Assembly (NCBI RefSeq): GCF_963921235.1
Contig: NC_086097.1
Location: forward strand, 154,196,001-154,260,000
Origin: Mobula hypostoma
Taxonomy: Eukaryota
Reading direction: 5' to 3'
Length of the DNA: 64,000 bases
Shown one piece after another: positions 38,428-52,542 of this stretch. Positions within the stretch are counted from its first letter, which is position 1; the number at the start of each line of letters is the position of its first letter. The notes under the pieces are model-generated. The model ran no database searches, was not told where the DNA came from, and saw nothing but the letters and a program-made list of their open reading frames with translations. Position numbers and translations under genes: made by a program.

Positions 38428-38789
38428 TCAACCCCATCCCTCCTCCAACACCACCTTTTACATACATAACCTGCCCTCTTTCCGGAGAGATTGAAATCTT
38501 CTGCTGAAACAATGCTAATTTGAGCAGCAACTAGGACTCTTGCAGCATGTCGAATAAGGAAGGCTGCCACACTGCAAATAAGACACGCTTTCTCAGATTG
38601 CAATAAACAAAATAGCAGGTGCAGCATTATTCAGCATCTGCTTTCAAACAGTGAGAATGCAGGATCTTTCATCCTCCTGTGCTAAAAGCACTGAATTTAA
38701 TAAGCTTTAGATTTAAATCCTTCCAAAAGTTAAGGAAAACAGCTAATTCTAGCAAGAGAAGATAAAGTCTACTTAAAAACTAAAAATCC

Positions 38790-40370
38790 CAGGGAACACC
38801 ACTCTAATGGAATCAAGATATATGGGGTATATCCCATCTAGCCCCAGGGACTTACCTATCATAATGTTTTTCAAAAGTTCTAACATATCATCTTTCTTAA
38901 AATCAACATGTTTACACACATCAGCCTGTTTTATGCTGTCCTCACAAACATCAAGGTCCTTTTCGCGGGTGAATACTGAAGCAGAGTATTCATTAAGAAC
39001 CTCCCTATCTTTTCAAATTCCAGGCAGATGATTCCTGTACTATCTCTGATCAATCCTACCCTTACTCTGGTCATCCTCCTGTTCTTAACATACATGTAGA
39101 ATGCCTTGGGGTGTTCCTTAATCCTTCTCACCAGGCATTCTCATGTCCCCTTCTAGGTCCCCTGTCCATCCTTGCTTCCCTGTGACTCTCTAGAGCCCTG
39201 TCTGATCTTCACTTCCGCAACATTGAGTAAGCTCTTCTCTTCATTTCTCTTGTCAACCATCACCTTACCACCCTTTCCCTCCCTGAATGGGACAAACCTA
39301 TCTAGAACTCCAAGCAAGTGCTCCCAAAACAACCTCCACATTTCTGTTGTATATTTCCCAGAGTTCATCTGTTCACAATTTATGATCTGCAGTTCCTGTC
39401 TAAAAGCATTATAATTCACCCTCCCCCAATTAAATACTTTCCCATGCTAGCTGCACCTATCCCCCTCCAAGGCTATAGTGAGAGTCAGGGAGTTGTGATC
39501 ACTGTCTGCGAAATGCTCTGTCACTGTGAGTTCTGGCACCTGACCCGACTCACTGCCTAGCATCAAGTCCAATGTGGCCTCTTCTCTCGTTGGCTTGTTC
39601 GTATACATTAGATCAGGAATCCTTTCTGGGCATAACTAACAAATTCTGCCCCATCTAAATTTTTTGCACTAAGGAGGTGCCAATCAATATCAGGGAAGTT
39701 GAAGTCACCCAGGACAACAACCCTGCAACTTTTCCACTTTTCCAGAATCTGCCTCCCAATTTCCTCCATGTCTCCATTGTAAATGGGAAATGGGCATTCT
39801 ATAAAATACGCCATACTCTTGCACCCTTCCTATTTTTGACTTCCATCCACACTGACTCAGTAGACAATCCCTCCACGGAGTCCTCATTACCTGCGGCTAT
39901 GATACTATCGACAATTAGCAATGCCACTCCTCCACCTCTTTTACCTCCATTCCAAGCTTTGTGACAGCCAAGCCTCTGTAATGCCCATAACCTCATAAAT
40001 ACATGTACTATACTGACCTGAGCTCTAAACTCATCACCCCTGTCCCTGTTACTTCTTGCATTAAAATAGACATATTTTAACCCATTCAACTGAATGCAAT
40101 TTTGCCCTATCAGCTGTCTATCCTTCCTCACAGGTTTACCTTACCCCTGCATCTACCTGTACACCAAATGCCCTATCCACTCTGCTATCATTCTTAGTTC
40201 CTATCCCCCTGCAAAACCAGTTTAAACCCTCCCCAACAGCTCAGGCAAATTTTCCCACAAGAATATTGGTCCTCCTCAAGTTCAGGTGTAACACATCCTT
40301 TCTGTACCTTTCTCAGAAAAGATCCTAATGATCCATAAAACCTCACACCAATTCCTCAGCCGTGCATTCA
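38790..40370 (-). mobile_element. Decayed CR1 5' part (end of ORF1 plus endonuclease)
   Basis: YFNARS, GGGVALLI, ESVWMEV, GDFNFPDIDW and PKAFYMYVK fragments. Confidence 0.82.
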
Positions 40371-41814
40371 TCTTTTTTACTGTACATTCTGACATGATTT
40401 GCATATAATTGTTCCATACATATAGCTTACAAACAGAAAGTTGAAGTCTGCTTTGGTATTTGATAAAGAGGATCTGATTCTTCTGGATCTATTGTTAAGG
40501 AGTGTGAGATAACTTCCTCTGACACTGCCTTGCTACATTCCGCTATCAATATGCCACTCTGTCCAGCCTCTCTTTGTGCTCCCTCTGTAGTGCTATTACC
40601 ATGTCAAATCATCCTCTAGCCACACCAAAAAATGTCCCCAGTGATCTTTTTTTAAACTCACACAATCTGTAATGGAACCAACTTCTTTCATAAGCTTTAC
40701 AGTATCAGGTGCAATAAAAGAAAAGGCCTTTGTGGACATGGAATCAAGACCTTCCCCAGTGCACATAATGCATTGAGCTCAGTCGAATTCTAATGGCAGT
40801 GTACTTCGCGCTCATTTTTCCCATTTCTCCCCTCAGCGATGTTATTATAATGCAATTTTGCAAGCACAGTACAATAGTACAATTTCTAGAGCAATTTGTT
40901 TTAAATCAGCAGCTGGAATTGAATATTCATTAACATTAGCACCAAATCACATAGGAAATTTGTCAATAGTACAGTATTGTTGAATAAAATATCATGCCTT
41001 GTTCCAAACACAGACACAAAGTTAAAGAAACTGCAATCATTCTTCAGACTGTACATCCTCACTGTTTTACTTTTTCACTGTACATCATCGTCCATTTACT
41101 TCAGCATGCTATCAACCCATTTCTTATAATAAGTGGAGAGACAGGAAGATAAGCATATTTGTTTAAAAGCTTCCATTACAGGGCCCCTAGCTGTAAGTTT
41201 GGTGCCTGTATTACCATTTGATTTATGTTCCAAGTTCTTTCTTTTTCTAAGTCTTTCCAACTGGGCACCCACCATTCCTGGCCTGGGGACTGATGAGCTC
41301 CTGCCAAGCCTTTGCTAACACCACTGTTAATCCATCTGTTCGAAGATATGCAACAGTGGCTCGCTCAATTCACACCGGTTCTCTTTCCCTTTTTGCCCTA
41401 TAGGGAAGCTTCTGGTCTCGGCTTGACACCTTACCCTTTAGGTACAGACAAGAATGCAAACGCAGTGTGTTGAAAATGCTTTCAAGTTAAGAGTACTTTC
41501 ATGCCGTAGATCCTTGAACAAGCCTGGTTGTTTTATAGATAAATCAACAATTCAGTCCTAATCTTTCTGACCTCAGAATCAGGAAAGCAGCGGCTGCACT
41601 ATAATTAGCATTACTACCTTTGTGCCAGGAAGTGAAAGGTTACCAAGAGTGCCTTTTCCATAGTCTTTAACTGAAACTCTTTGTGTGAAAATTAGCAGGG
41701 TTATGATGACATTCTTCCATCCCCAAAGAAGCAGACTGATCAGAGTTCTGAAGGCAAATTGCAACAGGAAATGCTACAGACAAAAATGACCGAGAAGAAA
41801 GAAAACTGCAAATT

Positions 41815-42667
41815 AGTGAATTTGCTGATGACACAAAGATTGGGGGTGCTGTGGATAGTGTGGAAGGAGTTACAGCGGGACATCAATAGGATGCAAAACT
41901 GGGCTGAGAAGTGGCAGATGGAGTTCAACCCAGATAAGCGTGAGGTGGTTCAATTTGGTAGGTCAAATATCATGGCAGAATATAGTAAGACTCTTGGTAG
42001 TGTGGAGGATCAGAGGGATCTTGAAGTCTGAGTCCATAGGACACTCAAAGCTGCTACACAGGTTGACTCTGTGGTTAAGAGGCATACAGTGCATTGGCCT
42101 TCATCAATCGTGGGATTGAGTTTAGGAGCCAAGAGGTAATGTTGCAGCTATATAGGACCTCGGCCAGACCCCACTTGGAGTACTGTGCTCAGTTCTGGTC
42201 ACCTCACTACAGAAAGGATGTGGAAACCATAGAATGGGTGCAGAGGAGATTTACAAGGATGTTACCTGGATTGGGAAGCATGGCTTGTGAGAATAGGTTG
42301 TGTGAACTCGGCCTTTTCTCCTTGGGGTGACAGAGGATGAGAGGTGTACAAAATGATGAAAGGCATTGATCGTGTGGATAGTCAGAGGCTTTTTCCCAGG
42401 GCTGAAATGGCTAACACAAGAGGGCACAGTTTTAAGGTGCTGGGGAGCAGGTACAGAGGAGATGTGGTGAGTGTGTGGAATGGGCTGCTGGTGACGGTGG
42501 TGGAGGTGGATATAATAGGGTCTTTTAAGAGACTCCTGGATAGGTACATGGAGCTTAGAAAAATAGAGGGCTATGGGTAACCCTAGGTAATTTCTAAAGT
42601 TAAGGACATGTTCTGTACCGCATTGTGGGCCAAAGGGCTTGTATTATGCTGTAGGTATGTTTCTATG
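41815..42667 (+). mobile_element. CR1 3' fragment
   Basis: LQRDINRMQNWAEKWQMEFN and RPHLEYCAQFWSP. Confidence 0.88.
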
Positions 42668-44159
42668 TGTGGTACCCTCCTGATCATCCCATTTTTATTC
42701 CCTTTATCACCCCTCCCCTTCAGAACCCCCATCACTCATCTTTGCAACAACCCCACCACCACAGATATTCCTTCTGCCATTTACTTCTCCCTCTGACATT
42801 CATCTTCAATCTTCAGTTCCTTTTCCTCTACCACACACCATCTGCCTCTCACTTTATTTCAATTTGCCTGCCTCTGTCTACCATCAGCCTGTCACTGCCT
42901 TACACTCCCCGCTCCCCCCACCCCCCCCCACCCACCATCCTCTACCTTATGGAATCTGCCTATAATATTTTAACCCTCCTTCATCCACCATTCACCACTG
43001 GCTCGTGTCTTATCTTTATACCGACCATCTCCCTTACAAGGGAGTAAGTGTGCGCCTGGGAATGAATGTGTGTCTTTTGGGGAGTGTGAATGTGAATGTG
43101 TGTGCATGTGTACACACACTGTGGGAAGTTGACAGGAGGGGGAAGGACAGGAAAGGGAATGAAATAAAACATTTGAAGGATTCATGACAAAGACCAGAAT
43201 TTTGTTTTTAAAATCTGATCCAGAAGGAGGGAATTCTTGGCTCCATTTTGCTGGTGGTATTGACTGCTTCTTTGAGCACTTCATTTCATTAAATGAAATT
43301 CATTCTTTTATTTTTTTCCATCAGGCTTTTAAATTGATTATGTTGCAATCTGCTTATGATTTATCATTTGCAGAGCAAATAGGTCATCAATTTCACAGAT
43401 GTGCAAATATTTCATTCTGGTTTGCACAGAGGTAACTTGATCTACTTTTTAAAATGTAAAATAGATTCATTTGTATCAAAATATATTGTAATGAATCCAT
43501 CAAGAAATGACTCAGATTTTCTTTTACCAGTTTTACTAGCCTGAGATAGAAATATATAAACTGTAACATACAATTTAATATGTCTGCTTCTGTATTTCTG
43601 TAAGGAGTCTTGAAACTTCAATCCAAACTAAGTTAGAGGTAAAATGCAAGAAACAAATTGGCTTTAGCTAGAAAACAAAAACTGGTACAACAACACAGGC
43701 TTTGGGACTTTCTAAACATCTAAGCAGGCCACATACATCACCTTGAACTCTTTTAGTTGATCAGAGAATCAGCATGGATTTAGAAAGGTTAGGTCATGCC
43801 TGACAAACCGAATTATTTTTTAAAGAAGTGAACAAAGTAATAGTTAGGGGAGAATTTATAAATAATTATTTTATGAGCTTCCCTCATTAGTGAAAAGTGA
43901 AGCTTATGGGATTAATGGAAGATTTTTGACCTGATTAGGAAATTGCCCAACTGGCAGAAAGTAGAATGTAGAGAGAATGGTGGATACTTTAATTGGCTGG
44001 GTGTTTGATTACCACTGCAAGGAATTATACTGGGATCGAGAAATTGAACCCTCATTTATTTTTCATAAATGTGGAACCACCGCATAGAAATGGTGTCTTA
44101 TGGGTTAGATAGGTTATCTGTCAATTTGCGTTCACTGGGAAACTGATCTGGGAATAACT

Positions 44160-44930
44160 ATGCAGATTGGAAATAACATCTCCAGCTCGCTGATAATCAA
44201 CACTGGCACACCTCAAGAGTGTGTGTTCAGCCCTCCGCTCTACTCTCTTTACACCCATGACAACGTGGCAAGGCATAGCTCAACTGCCATCTATAAATTA
44301 GCATGATGATACAATATTTCTGAGGACCTAACCCGGCTGCAACATATTGATGCTGTCATAACGAAGGCAACACAGCAGCTACAGTACACTCAGAGTTTGC
44401 CACCTAAACCACTTAAAAACTTCTATAGATGTGTAATGAAAGCATTCTGATAGGCTGCATCTCTGTCTGGTATGGCGGGGGGGCTACAGCACAGGATCGA
44501 AGAAAGGTGCAGTAAAATTAGTCAGCTCTGTCATGGGTACAGTATCCAAGACATCTTCAAGCAGCGGTGCCTCAGGAAGGCGGCGTACATCATTAAGGAC
44601 CCCCACCACCCAGGACATGCCCTCTTCTCATTGTTACCATCAGGAAGGAGGTACAGAAGACTGAAGGCACACACTCAGCAATTCAGGAACAGCTTCTTCC
44701 CCTCTGCCATCCGATTTCAAAATGGACATTGAACCTATGAACACTCCCTCACTACTTTTTTCATTTATTTCTGTTTTCGCACTACTTATTTTAAATTAAC
44801 TATTTAATATGTGTATACATACTTACTGTAATTCAGTTTTTTTAATATTTACCATGTATTGCATTGTACTGCTGCCGCAAAGTTAACATATTTCACAACA
44901 TATACTGATGATATTAAACCCAACTTATTA
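44160..44930 (+). mobile_element. Rex1/Babar LINE fragment, preceded by decayed CR1 (~43765-44040)
   Basis: TGTPQECVFSP.LYSLYTHD and KDPHHPGHALFSLLPSGRRYR. Confidence 0.82.
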
Positions 44931-45254
44931 TGATTCTTGTTAGATGGGGTGGACATGTGCCTGGCATCGGACAAGCAGCTGATGTTAATACTGTGTGTGC
45001 ATAGCAACTATTCTGGTACAGTAACACACACTAAACAGTACAAAATTGGACAACCTTTGATTTAAATTATAAACACACTAAATGAAGCAAAATGCATAGC
45101 AGTCCTATAGGGCCCCAATGTGATGTTACTGTTCATCTCACAGCCACTGCCAAGGTCCGCTTTCATTCCTCGAGGGACATGGAGAAACATAACAGTGGGC
45201 ACTCTTGCTAACTGCAGCATTTCTATGTTGGATATCTCATTGCTAGATGCTACA

Positions 45255-45900
45255 ACATAGAACAGTACAGTACAAACCCTTTGGCCTATGATGTGCCAAC
45301 CTACATAATTCAACACTTCCCTCCTGCACAGTCAATAACCCACCATTTTTCCTGCATTCATGTGCCTATCTAAGAGTATTTTAAATGTTTCTATTGTATC
45401 CCGGTCTATGACCATCCTCAACACTGCACATCTACTTCTAATGTCTTCCCCAAACTTCTCTCCACTCATCTTCAATGGAAGTCCATTAATCTTGGCCTTT
45501 CATGACCTAGGAAAATGGTGCTGGCTACCAACACGATCTAGGACTCTCATAATCTCATACATTTCTATCAGGACACTTCTAATTCACCTTCGTTCCACAG
45601 AGAAAACACCTCACTCACTCAACATTTCCTCAAAGTATTTTCTGTAATCCTGGTAAAACTTCTCTGCACCCTCTCTAAAGCTTTCACCTCCTTCCTATAA
45701 TGAGGTGACCAGAACTAAACACTCCAAAGGTGGTCGAACCAGAGCTTTACAGACCTGCAATATTATTCGTGGCTCTTGAACTAAATCCCCTGACTAATGA
45801 AGGCTAGCACACCATATGCTTTCTTAAAGAGCTGATCAACTTGAGCAAATCTGAGTATGGATTTGGATCCCAAGATCCCTCTGTTTGTTCCTCCACATCT
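45255..45900 (-). mobile_element. Decayed CR1 3' fragment
   Basis: KKAYGVLAFISQGI and a CR1 3' UTR with tail. Confidence 0.75.
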
Positions 45901-46139
45901 ACCAGATCTGATAATAGCAGTACACCTCCTGCAGGAAGGGGCTTTATCAGGTCTTTCAGTCAGAGTAGTTATCACCACATGCATGTACAAACACAAATAG
46001 AAGTTTGTTATGTCTCTCCCATCACTGTCCATAACTTGTTCTAGCCTTTTCTGTATCTCATTTGTGGCCGCCTTCATGCGAGCTTCCTTAAGGCCAGTAC
46101 AACAAGGTTCTATGTGCAGTCCCCACTAGGAACCTCACA

Positions 46140-47036
46140 GAGGCTAGGCATAGCTCAAATACCACCTACAAATTTGCTGATGATACAACCATTGTTGGTA
46201 GAATCTCAGGTGGTGACGAGAGGGCATACAGGAGTGGGATATGCCAACTAGTGGAGTGGTGTTGCAGCAACAACCCGGCACTCAATGTCAGTAAGATGAA
46301 AGAACTAATTGTGGACTTCAGGAAGGGTAAGACGAAGGATCAGAAGTGGAGAGAGTGAGCAGCTTCAAGTTCCTGGGTGTCAAGATCTCTGAGGATCTAA
46401 CCTACTGATGTAGTCATAAAGGCAGCAAAACAGCGGCTATACTTTATTAGGAGTTTGAAGAGATTTGTTATGTCAACAAATACACTCAAAAACTTCTATA
46501 GTTGTACTGTGGAGAGCATTCTGACAGGCTGCATTACTGTCTGGTATGGAGGGGCTACTGCACAGGGCTGAAAGAAGATGCAGAAGGTTGTAAATCTAGT
46601 CAGCTCCATTTTGGGCACTAGCCTGACCAGAATATCTTTGGGGAGAAGTGTCTCAGAAAGGCAGCGTCCATTATTAAGGACCTCCAGCACCCAGGGCATG
46701 CCCTTTTCTTACTGTTACCATCAGGTAGGAGATACAGAAACCTGAAGGCACACACTCAGTGATTCAGGAACAGCTTCTTCCCCTCTGCCATCCAATTCCT
46801 AAATGGACATTGAAGCTTTGGACACTACCTCACTTTTGTAATATACAGTATTTCTGTTTTTGCACATTTAAAAAAAATCTATTCACTATATGAATTGATT
46901 TACTTGTTTATTTATAATGTTTTATTTTATTAATTATTATTTTTTTCTCTCTCTGCTAGATACGTATTGCATTGAACTGCTGCTGCTAAGTTAACAAATG
47001 TCACGTCACATACCGGTGATAATAAACCTGATTCTG
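46140..47036 (+). mobile_element. Rex1/Babar LINE 3' fragment
   Basis: KFADDTTIVG...FKFLGV...LLPSGRRY and an aataaacctgattctga tail. Confidence 0.87.
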
Positions 47037-47349
47037 AGATCCCATTAAATAGTATGTGAAATGCCATACACTACTTTTCATGTACTTTTGTCCAATTTTC
47101 CAAGATCTTTTAAAGAGCTTACAAATGGCCCTAGATGGCTTTTAGTTAAAAATTAAGTTTCAACATGAATTTGTCTCTTTCTTTACCTGAAGTATTCAAA
47201 ATACAGAACAAAAGCAGCACATGAAGTTAAGTTACAGGTTAGACATGAATACAGAGCTTTAATGATTCACCGCTGTCCACTTGGAGAATAGGAACAGGAG
47301 GAATTCATTCTGTCATTCAAAGTGGGCAAAAACTTAGCAGATGGAAATC

Positions 47350-48585
47350 ATGTGGAAAATGTAATTTTTTTTCTGCACGGAAAAGCTGAGTTTTTTTCTA
47401 AATGGTGAAAGAAATGTTGATATTCACAGGACCAAGGTGTGCTTGTACACAAGTCACTGAAAGATAACATGCAGATGCAGCAAGTAACTAGAAAGGCAGG
47501 CCGCATGGTTATATTTTTTGGCAGGATACATGAATGAACTTGTCTTACCACAATTATCTGGGTTCTTACTGAAGATAAGACAGAAGATTGGCTGACTGAT
47601 AGTATTCTGCAGGAGTCGATATGAGGACTGCTACTTTTAACATCAAACGTAAATGATCCGGATGATGGAATTGACGGTCTGTGGCCAAGTTTGTTGATGA
47701 TACAAAGATAGATGAAGGGGTAGGAAGTCAACAGAAGGACGTGGACAGATTAGGAGAATGGGCAAAGAAGTGACTGATGGAATACAGTGTAGGAAATAGC
47801 ATGGTCATGTACTAACATAGAAGGCATAAAGGCATAAGCAATTTTCTAAACGAGGAGCAAATTCAGAAATCAGAGGTTCCAAGGGCCTTGGGAGGCATCG
47901 TGCAGGATTAAGGAAAGTTTAATTTGCAAGTTGAGTAGGTAGGAAGGAAGTCAAATGTAATGTTAGCATTTATTTTGAGAAGGTTAGTATATATAAGCAA
48001 GGATGCAATGCTGAGGCTTTATAAGGCATTTGTCTGACTGCATTTGGATTATTGTGAGAGTTTTGGGCCCCATATCTAAGAAAGGATGTGCTGGCATTGG
48101 AGAAGGTCCAGAGGAGATATACAAGAATGATCCCAGGAATGAAAGGGTTAACAAATGAGAACTGTTTGATGGCTCAAGGCCTGTACTCTCTGGAACTGAA
48201 ACGGTTGAGAGTACTCTCAGTGAAACCTGCTAAATATTGAAAGACCTAGACAGAGTGGATGTGTAGAGGATGCTTCCAATAGTGAGAGTGTAGGACCAGA
48301 GGGCACAGTCTCAGAATACAAGGATGTTCCTTTAGAACAGAGGTGTGGAGGCATTTCTTTACCCAGAGGGTGGTGAATCTGTGGAATTCACTGCCACAGA
48401 GAGATGTGGAGGCCAAATCATTGGGTATATTTAAAGTGAAGTTTGATATGTTCTTGTTTAGAATTGACATTAAAGATTACAGGGAGATAGCAGGAGAATG
48501 GAGTGGAGAGGGAAAATAAATTAGCCATGATCAAATGATGAGGCAGACTCAATGGGCTGGATGGTCTAGTCCTATTTCCTATGTC
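47350..48585 (+). mobile_element. Decayed and rearranged CR1 3' region
   Basis: Degenerate FADD region, ...FTQRVVNLWNSLP and the 3' UTR. Confidence 0.75.
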
Positions 48586-50739
48586 GCCAACCTCATATTC
48601 ACTCATTGCTTAAAAGTTCTATAAATTTCATATTTAAATTAATTACCGTGCTTTGTTCTAGTGACCCCACTAATCTCTTCACAAAATAAGCAAGAGTGTA
48701 TTAAAAATATGACTGTGATAATTTGTATATTGAATCCTGCTCAGATGGGAGCTGTTGGGTTCTGAACTGCTAGTTTGGATTTCTATTTTTAAATGCCAAC
48801 CCAACATGGTTTCTCAAAGAGCTCAGCTTGGTATTAGGCTTGGTTCCAAGTGTTTTTTAGACAAAATACTATGAAGAAGCAGATAGCTGCCCAAATCTCC
48901 ACTATCCCCAACCTGGCCACTGATCAGTCATCTATCACATCCCTGTCCTTCCTGGACCAGTTAGCTGGGCCTTACAGCTGCCTCCTGGTGACTGAAAATC
49001 TCTCTCATCAGATGACATTACAGTTCCACCCACTCTCTTAAACTTGAACTTAACACACCAATACAATGGAAGAGAAAGTCTTATGATTAGGCAAGGCCTA
49101 TTGCATTGTGCACGATAGTTGGACCTTGTGCACTTTTAAGTTTTGCAACAGCTCCTCCTCAAATATGCTTTTAATGGCAGCTTTCTCTTTCTGTCACCAT
49201 CCAGACCCTGGACAAACAAACTGACAAAGACAATCAAGGAAATTCTACTGTAACTTTCAAAACATAATTGGACATTTACAAATCACAGGGCTGATTAGAA
49301 AGAGAAAGTGAGTAGAATTAAATGCTTAACTTTTTAAGGGACAAAATGAGCTTTAATAACTTCTGCTGTGCAATTCAGTTCAATAAGCTTCAGAATTACG
49401 ACTTGATAAAAGATGGGATCTTCAATGGAAGAACACGGGAGGAATTACTCCCACTAAGAGGCAGACAGTTGATTCCGTATTTGTCATTAATACAATTTCC
49501 CTAAAGGCTGGCCACTCTGAAGAGATGGAACAAAATTAAAGGGGAGCAGAAATGATTACAACTGCTTTTAAATTCTGGTGTAGTGCTGTTGAAGGACTAA
49601 ATTAAAGAAAAATGGTAATGATCAGTCTCTGAATCATGTGCTATCAATGACAGTGCAACTCAACGACACTTCTTTATAGCACATCATCCTCCATTGTGAA
49701 GGAAATTCCACTTAGTGCCACATTCAGTTTGCCAGAAATGAAGTGGTCCATGCTCATGTGTAAGATGGCTTGAACGATCTCAAAATGTTCAGTGGCAAAG
49801 AACAAAAGTTCAAGCAATAATATCACCAATACTCACCATCTGTACTCAGTACAATCATCAAGATTCCTAGAGTCACTTTTGATTAGAAACTTTTAACTGG
49901 ACCCACCATGTAATTACTGAAACTTTTTCAAATAGATGCAGGGAATTCTGCTGCATGTCAGTCTTCCCCAAACCATCAAAGGCTCCCCACTACAGAAATG
50001 GAAGGCAAACTTCATCAGTCCAGATGAAACATCTTAATCCAAAACGTCCACTATCCATTTTCCCCCATAGATGCTGACTGACCCACTGAATTCATCATTA
50101 TCTCACGTGTTGTTCCAGATTCCAGCATCTGCAGTCACTCCTGTCTCCAACACAGGACCTATTGAATGAACTTCATTGTCAAAATACCTTGTTTGGATAT
50201 GGACTTATCCTCCATATCATTAATGCAGGCCTCTAGATTAACGTCCCATACACAAACTTGGACATTCACTGGTGCAATGTAAACAGAGCATTTTTAATGT
50301 ACAAGTTATATTAGAGCAACTTCCCAATTCTTTTTTGATAGCATAATATCTACTAAATAAAAGGTCAAGGGCCTGAGGTGCATGGAAGCATCACCAAGGT
50401 TCCCTCCAAGTGGTACACTAGCCTGGCTTGGACAAGATAACAAGACAAATTACTGGAGGCACTCAGCAGGTCAGACAGCACCTATGGAAAGAAAAGCAGA
50501 GTTAACACTCACTTCAGGTGCTATACCTATCACTGAAATTTGTAAAAGATCAAATGTATTATTCAGTGGCAGAGAAGATGAGGAAGAACATATAGAATAT
50601 GTCTAACAAAGTAGGGCCCCATTAGTTAAATACACTCAATTCTTTGTCTGAATTATGTGTTGTCAAGAACAAGGCATGCACAATAGGCTAGGCTATTCTA
50701 ATGATAGAAAATCTGAGACTTAAATCACAAATGTGTAAT

Positions 50740-51150
50740 TGGCAGAAATGGTCAATTCTGATCCATATGGGAAGAAACGATAAGTTACTTAAAATTGGAG
50801 GTATTGATATTGAGTCAAGAAGACTGCAGTGTGCTCAAAGAAAAGACAAAGTGTTGGGCCTTATGCTTACACTGGGCCATAGTGTAACAGTGCAGGAGGT
50901 CACAGATCGATAGATCAGAGTGGTAGTGTAATGGTGAACAGTGCAGAGCCACCACTATAGACTGGATTCAGATGCTCTGCAGATCACTCAAACCATGTTT
51001 GGCCTCTTCTGTATGAGAAGTCCACATTGCGAACATTGAATGCAGTACACTGGATTGGAAGAAGTGCAGTGCATCATTGTTTCACCAAGAAAGACTATGT
51101 CCCTATATGGCAGGAAGGGAAGTAGCATAAGAAGGGGTGTCACCACTCTT
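50740..51150 (-). mobile_element. Highly decayed Penelope GIY-YIG remnant
   Basis: CTSSNPVYCIQCSQCGLL. Confidence 0.6.
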
Positions 51151-52542
51151 GCAGCTGAAAAACCCTGGAGCTTCACAAATTTGGTAGCAGTTTAATAAAC
51201 TTCTCAAGGACAACTACGGATAAGCAATAAATATAAGGTTTGTCATTAACGCCTGCATCCTGAGAATTACTAATAAAAGATTCCTGCTGCATTTTCACAA
51301 TGTACAACACATCCACACCACAACAATCAAAAGCTGAAATTGGATTCCATGAGTACAGTGCTGTTAATTTAATGTTTGCCTTTAGTGACTACTGATGGCA
51401 TTAGCAATTTATTGCTGGATGAGCTCACAGGCACAATGTATGACCTTGTGTAATATCACACACAATGTGAAGGTTAAATAAGATGATTCCTATGCTATAT
51501 TTTCATCGATATACAGTGGATACTTTAGAGCAAAGTTAATGAGGTGCACTTAAATGCAAAATAGAATTTTATGGTATTATATTTCAAAATTTCATTAGAT
51601 GTTGATGCTTGAAGCATCCCCACTAAAATTTAGCAAACTCTAGTATCTGATTTAGTACTAGGTATTTAGCCTGAAGAAACTCACATTGATTTTGCACCTT
51701 ATTGTGTTGCTGGAGTGAAAACAAAACACTTCAGATACATTGAATGCCTTCTCTTGCTGGGTAGGTAAACATGATCCTACTGTCCACGTTTCCTGTTAAA
51801 CTATTTCTGATGGAGTTAGTTAGTGGAGGTGTAATGGACAGGACAACTGACCTCTTAGTGTCTCTTCTGAAGTAAAACACTTCTGACAATGAGACATGGC
51901 CTACGCTAAATAGATTGTATGCTGCAGTCTTGAAGTGAGATTTGAATATGCAATTTTCTTACGATACTGAACAATGTTTCCAAGTTATATTTCAATGACT
52001 GGAGACAGTTGGTTTCAATTCAGCCAATGGATCTTTAGTAGGTCTTGGACTTCCAGGTACCATACATCCTGCACATTTCAAAAGTTTGAGACCTACAAAA
52101 TGACAAATGACATCACATCTGTTCATCACTAGTTTCCACCTGGACTCTTAATGATAGAGTCTAGCCTTGATCAGATCCCCCTGATTACATTGTGCCCTGC
52201 TACTCATTTCCCATGCAGGATAAGATATGGCATTGGATCTTTCAACGGAGAATACAAGTCTGCAGACTACAAGGCAATAGTGGATAGTTTTGTTTCAGTT
52301 TTATTTCTAACTTTTTTTCAATTAACATTTTCAAATATCTTCGTCGTTTTTTTTAACCTGTTATTTTCTCAGTTAACCATTTCTGAAAACAGTTAAAATT
52401 CTCAACAATCTTGCTAGCAACTCAGCTTCTGCCTCAGCTTTGCCTTCCACCAAAGCTTGGCGAGGAGCTGGGTCTCAACAGAGTCACCTGAGGCTTAGTG
52501 ACATCAAAAGCTGGCTCGTGAGAATGCAGTGCCAGTGGGATC

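Noticed and set aside
42667..43190. Pro/Leu-rich ORFs in a pyrimidine-rich and GT-rich tract
   Set aside because: Low-complexity sequence with no coding signature.
51963..52092. Minus-strand segment with a good acceptor (ttttgtag) and donor (gtaag)
   Set aside because: Stops in all three frames and no FAM135 similarity. At most a cryptic or non-coding exon.
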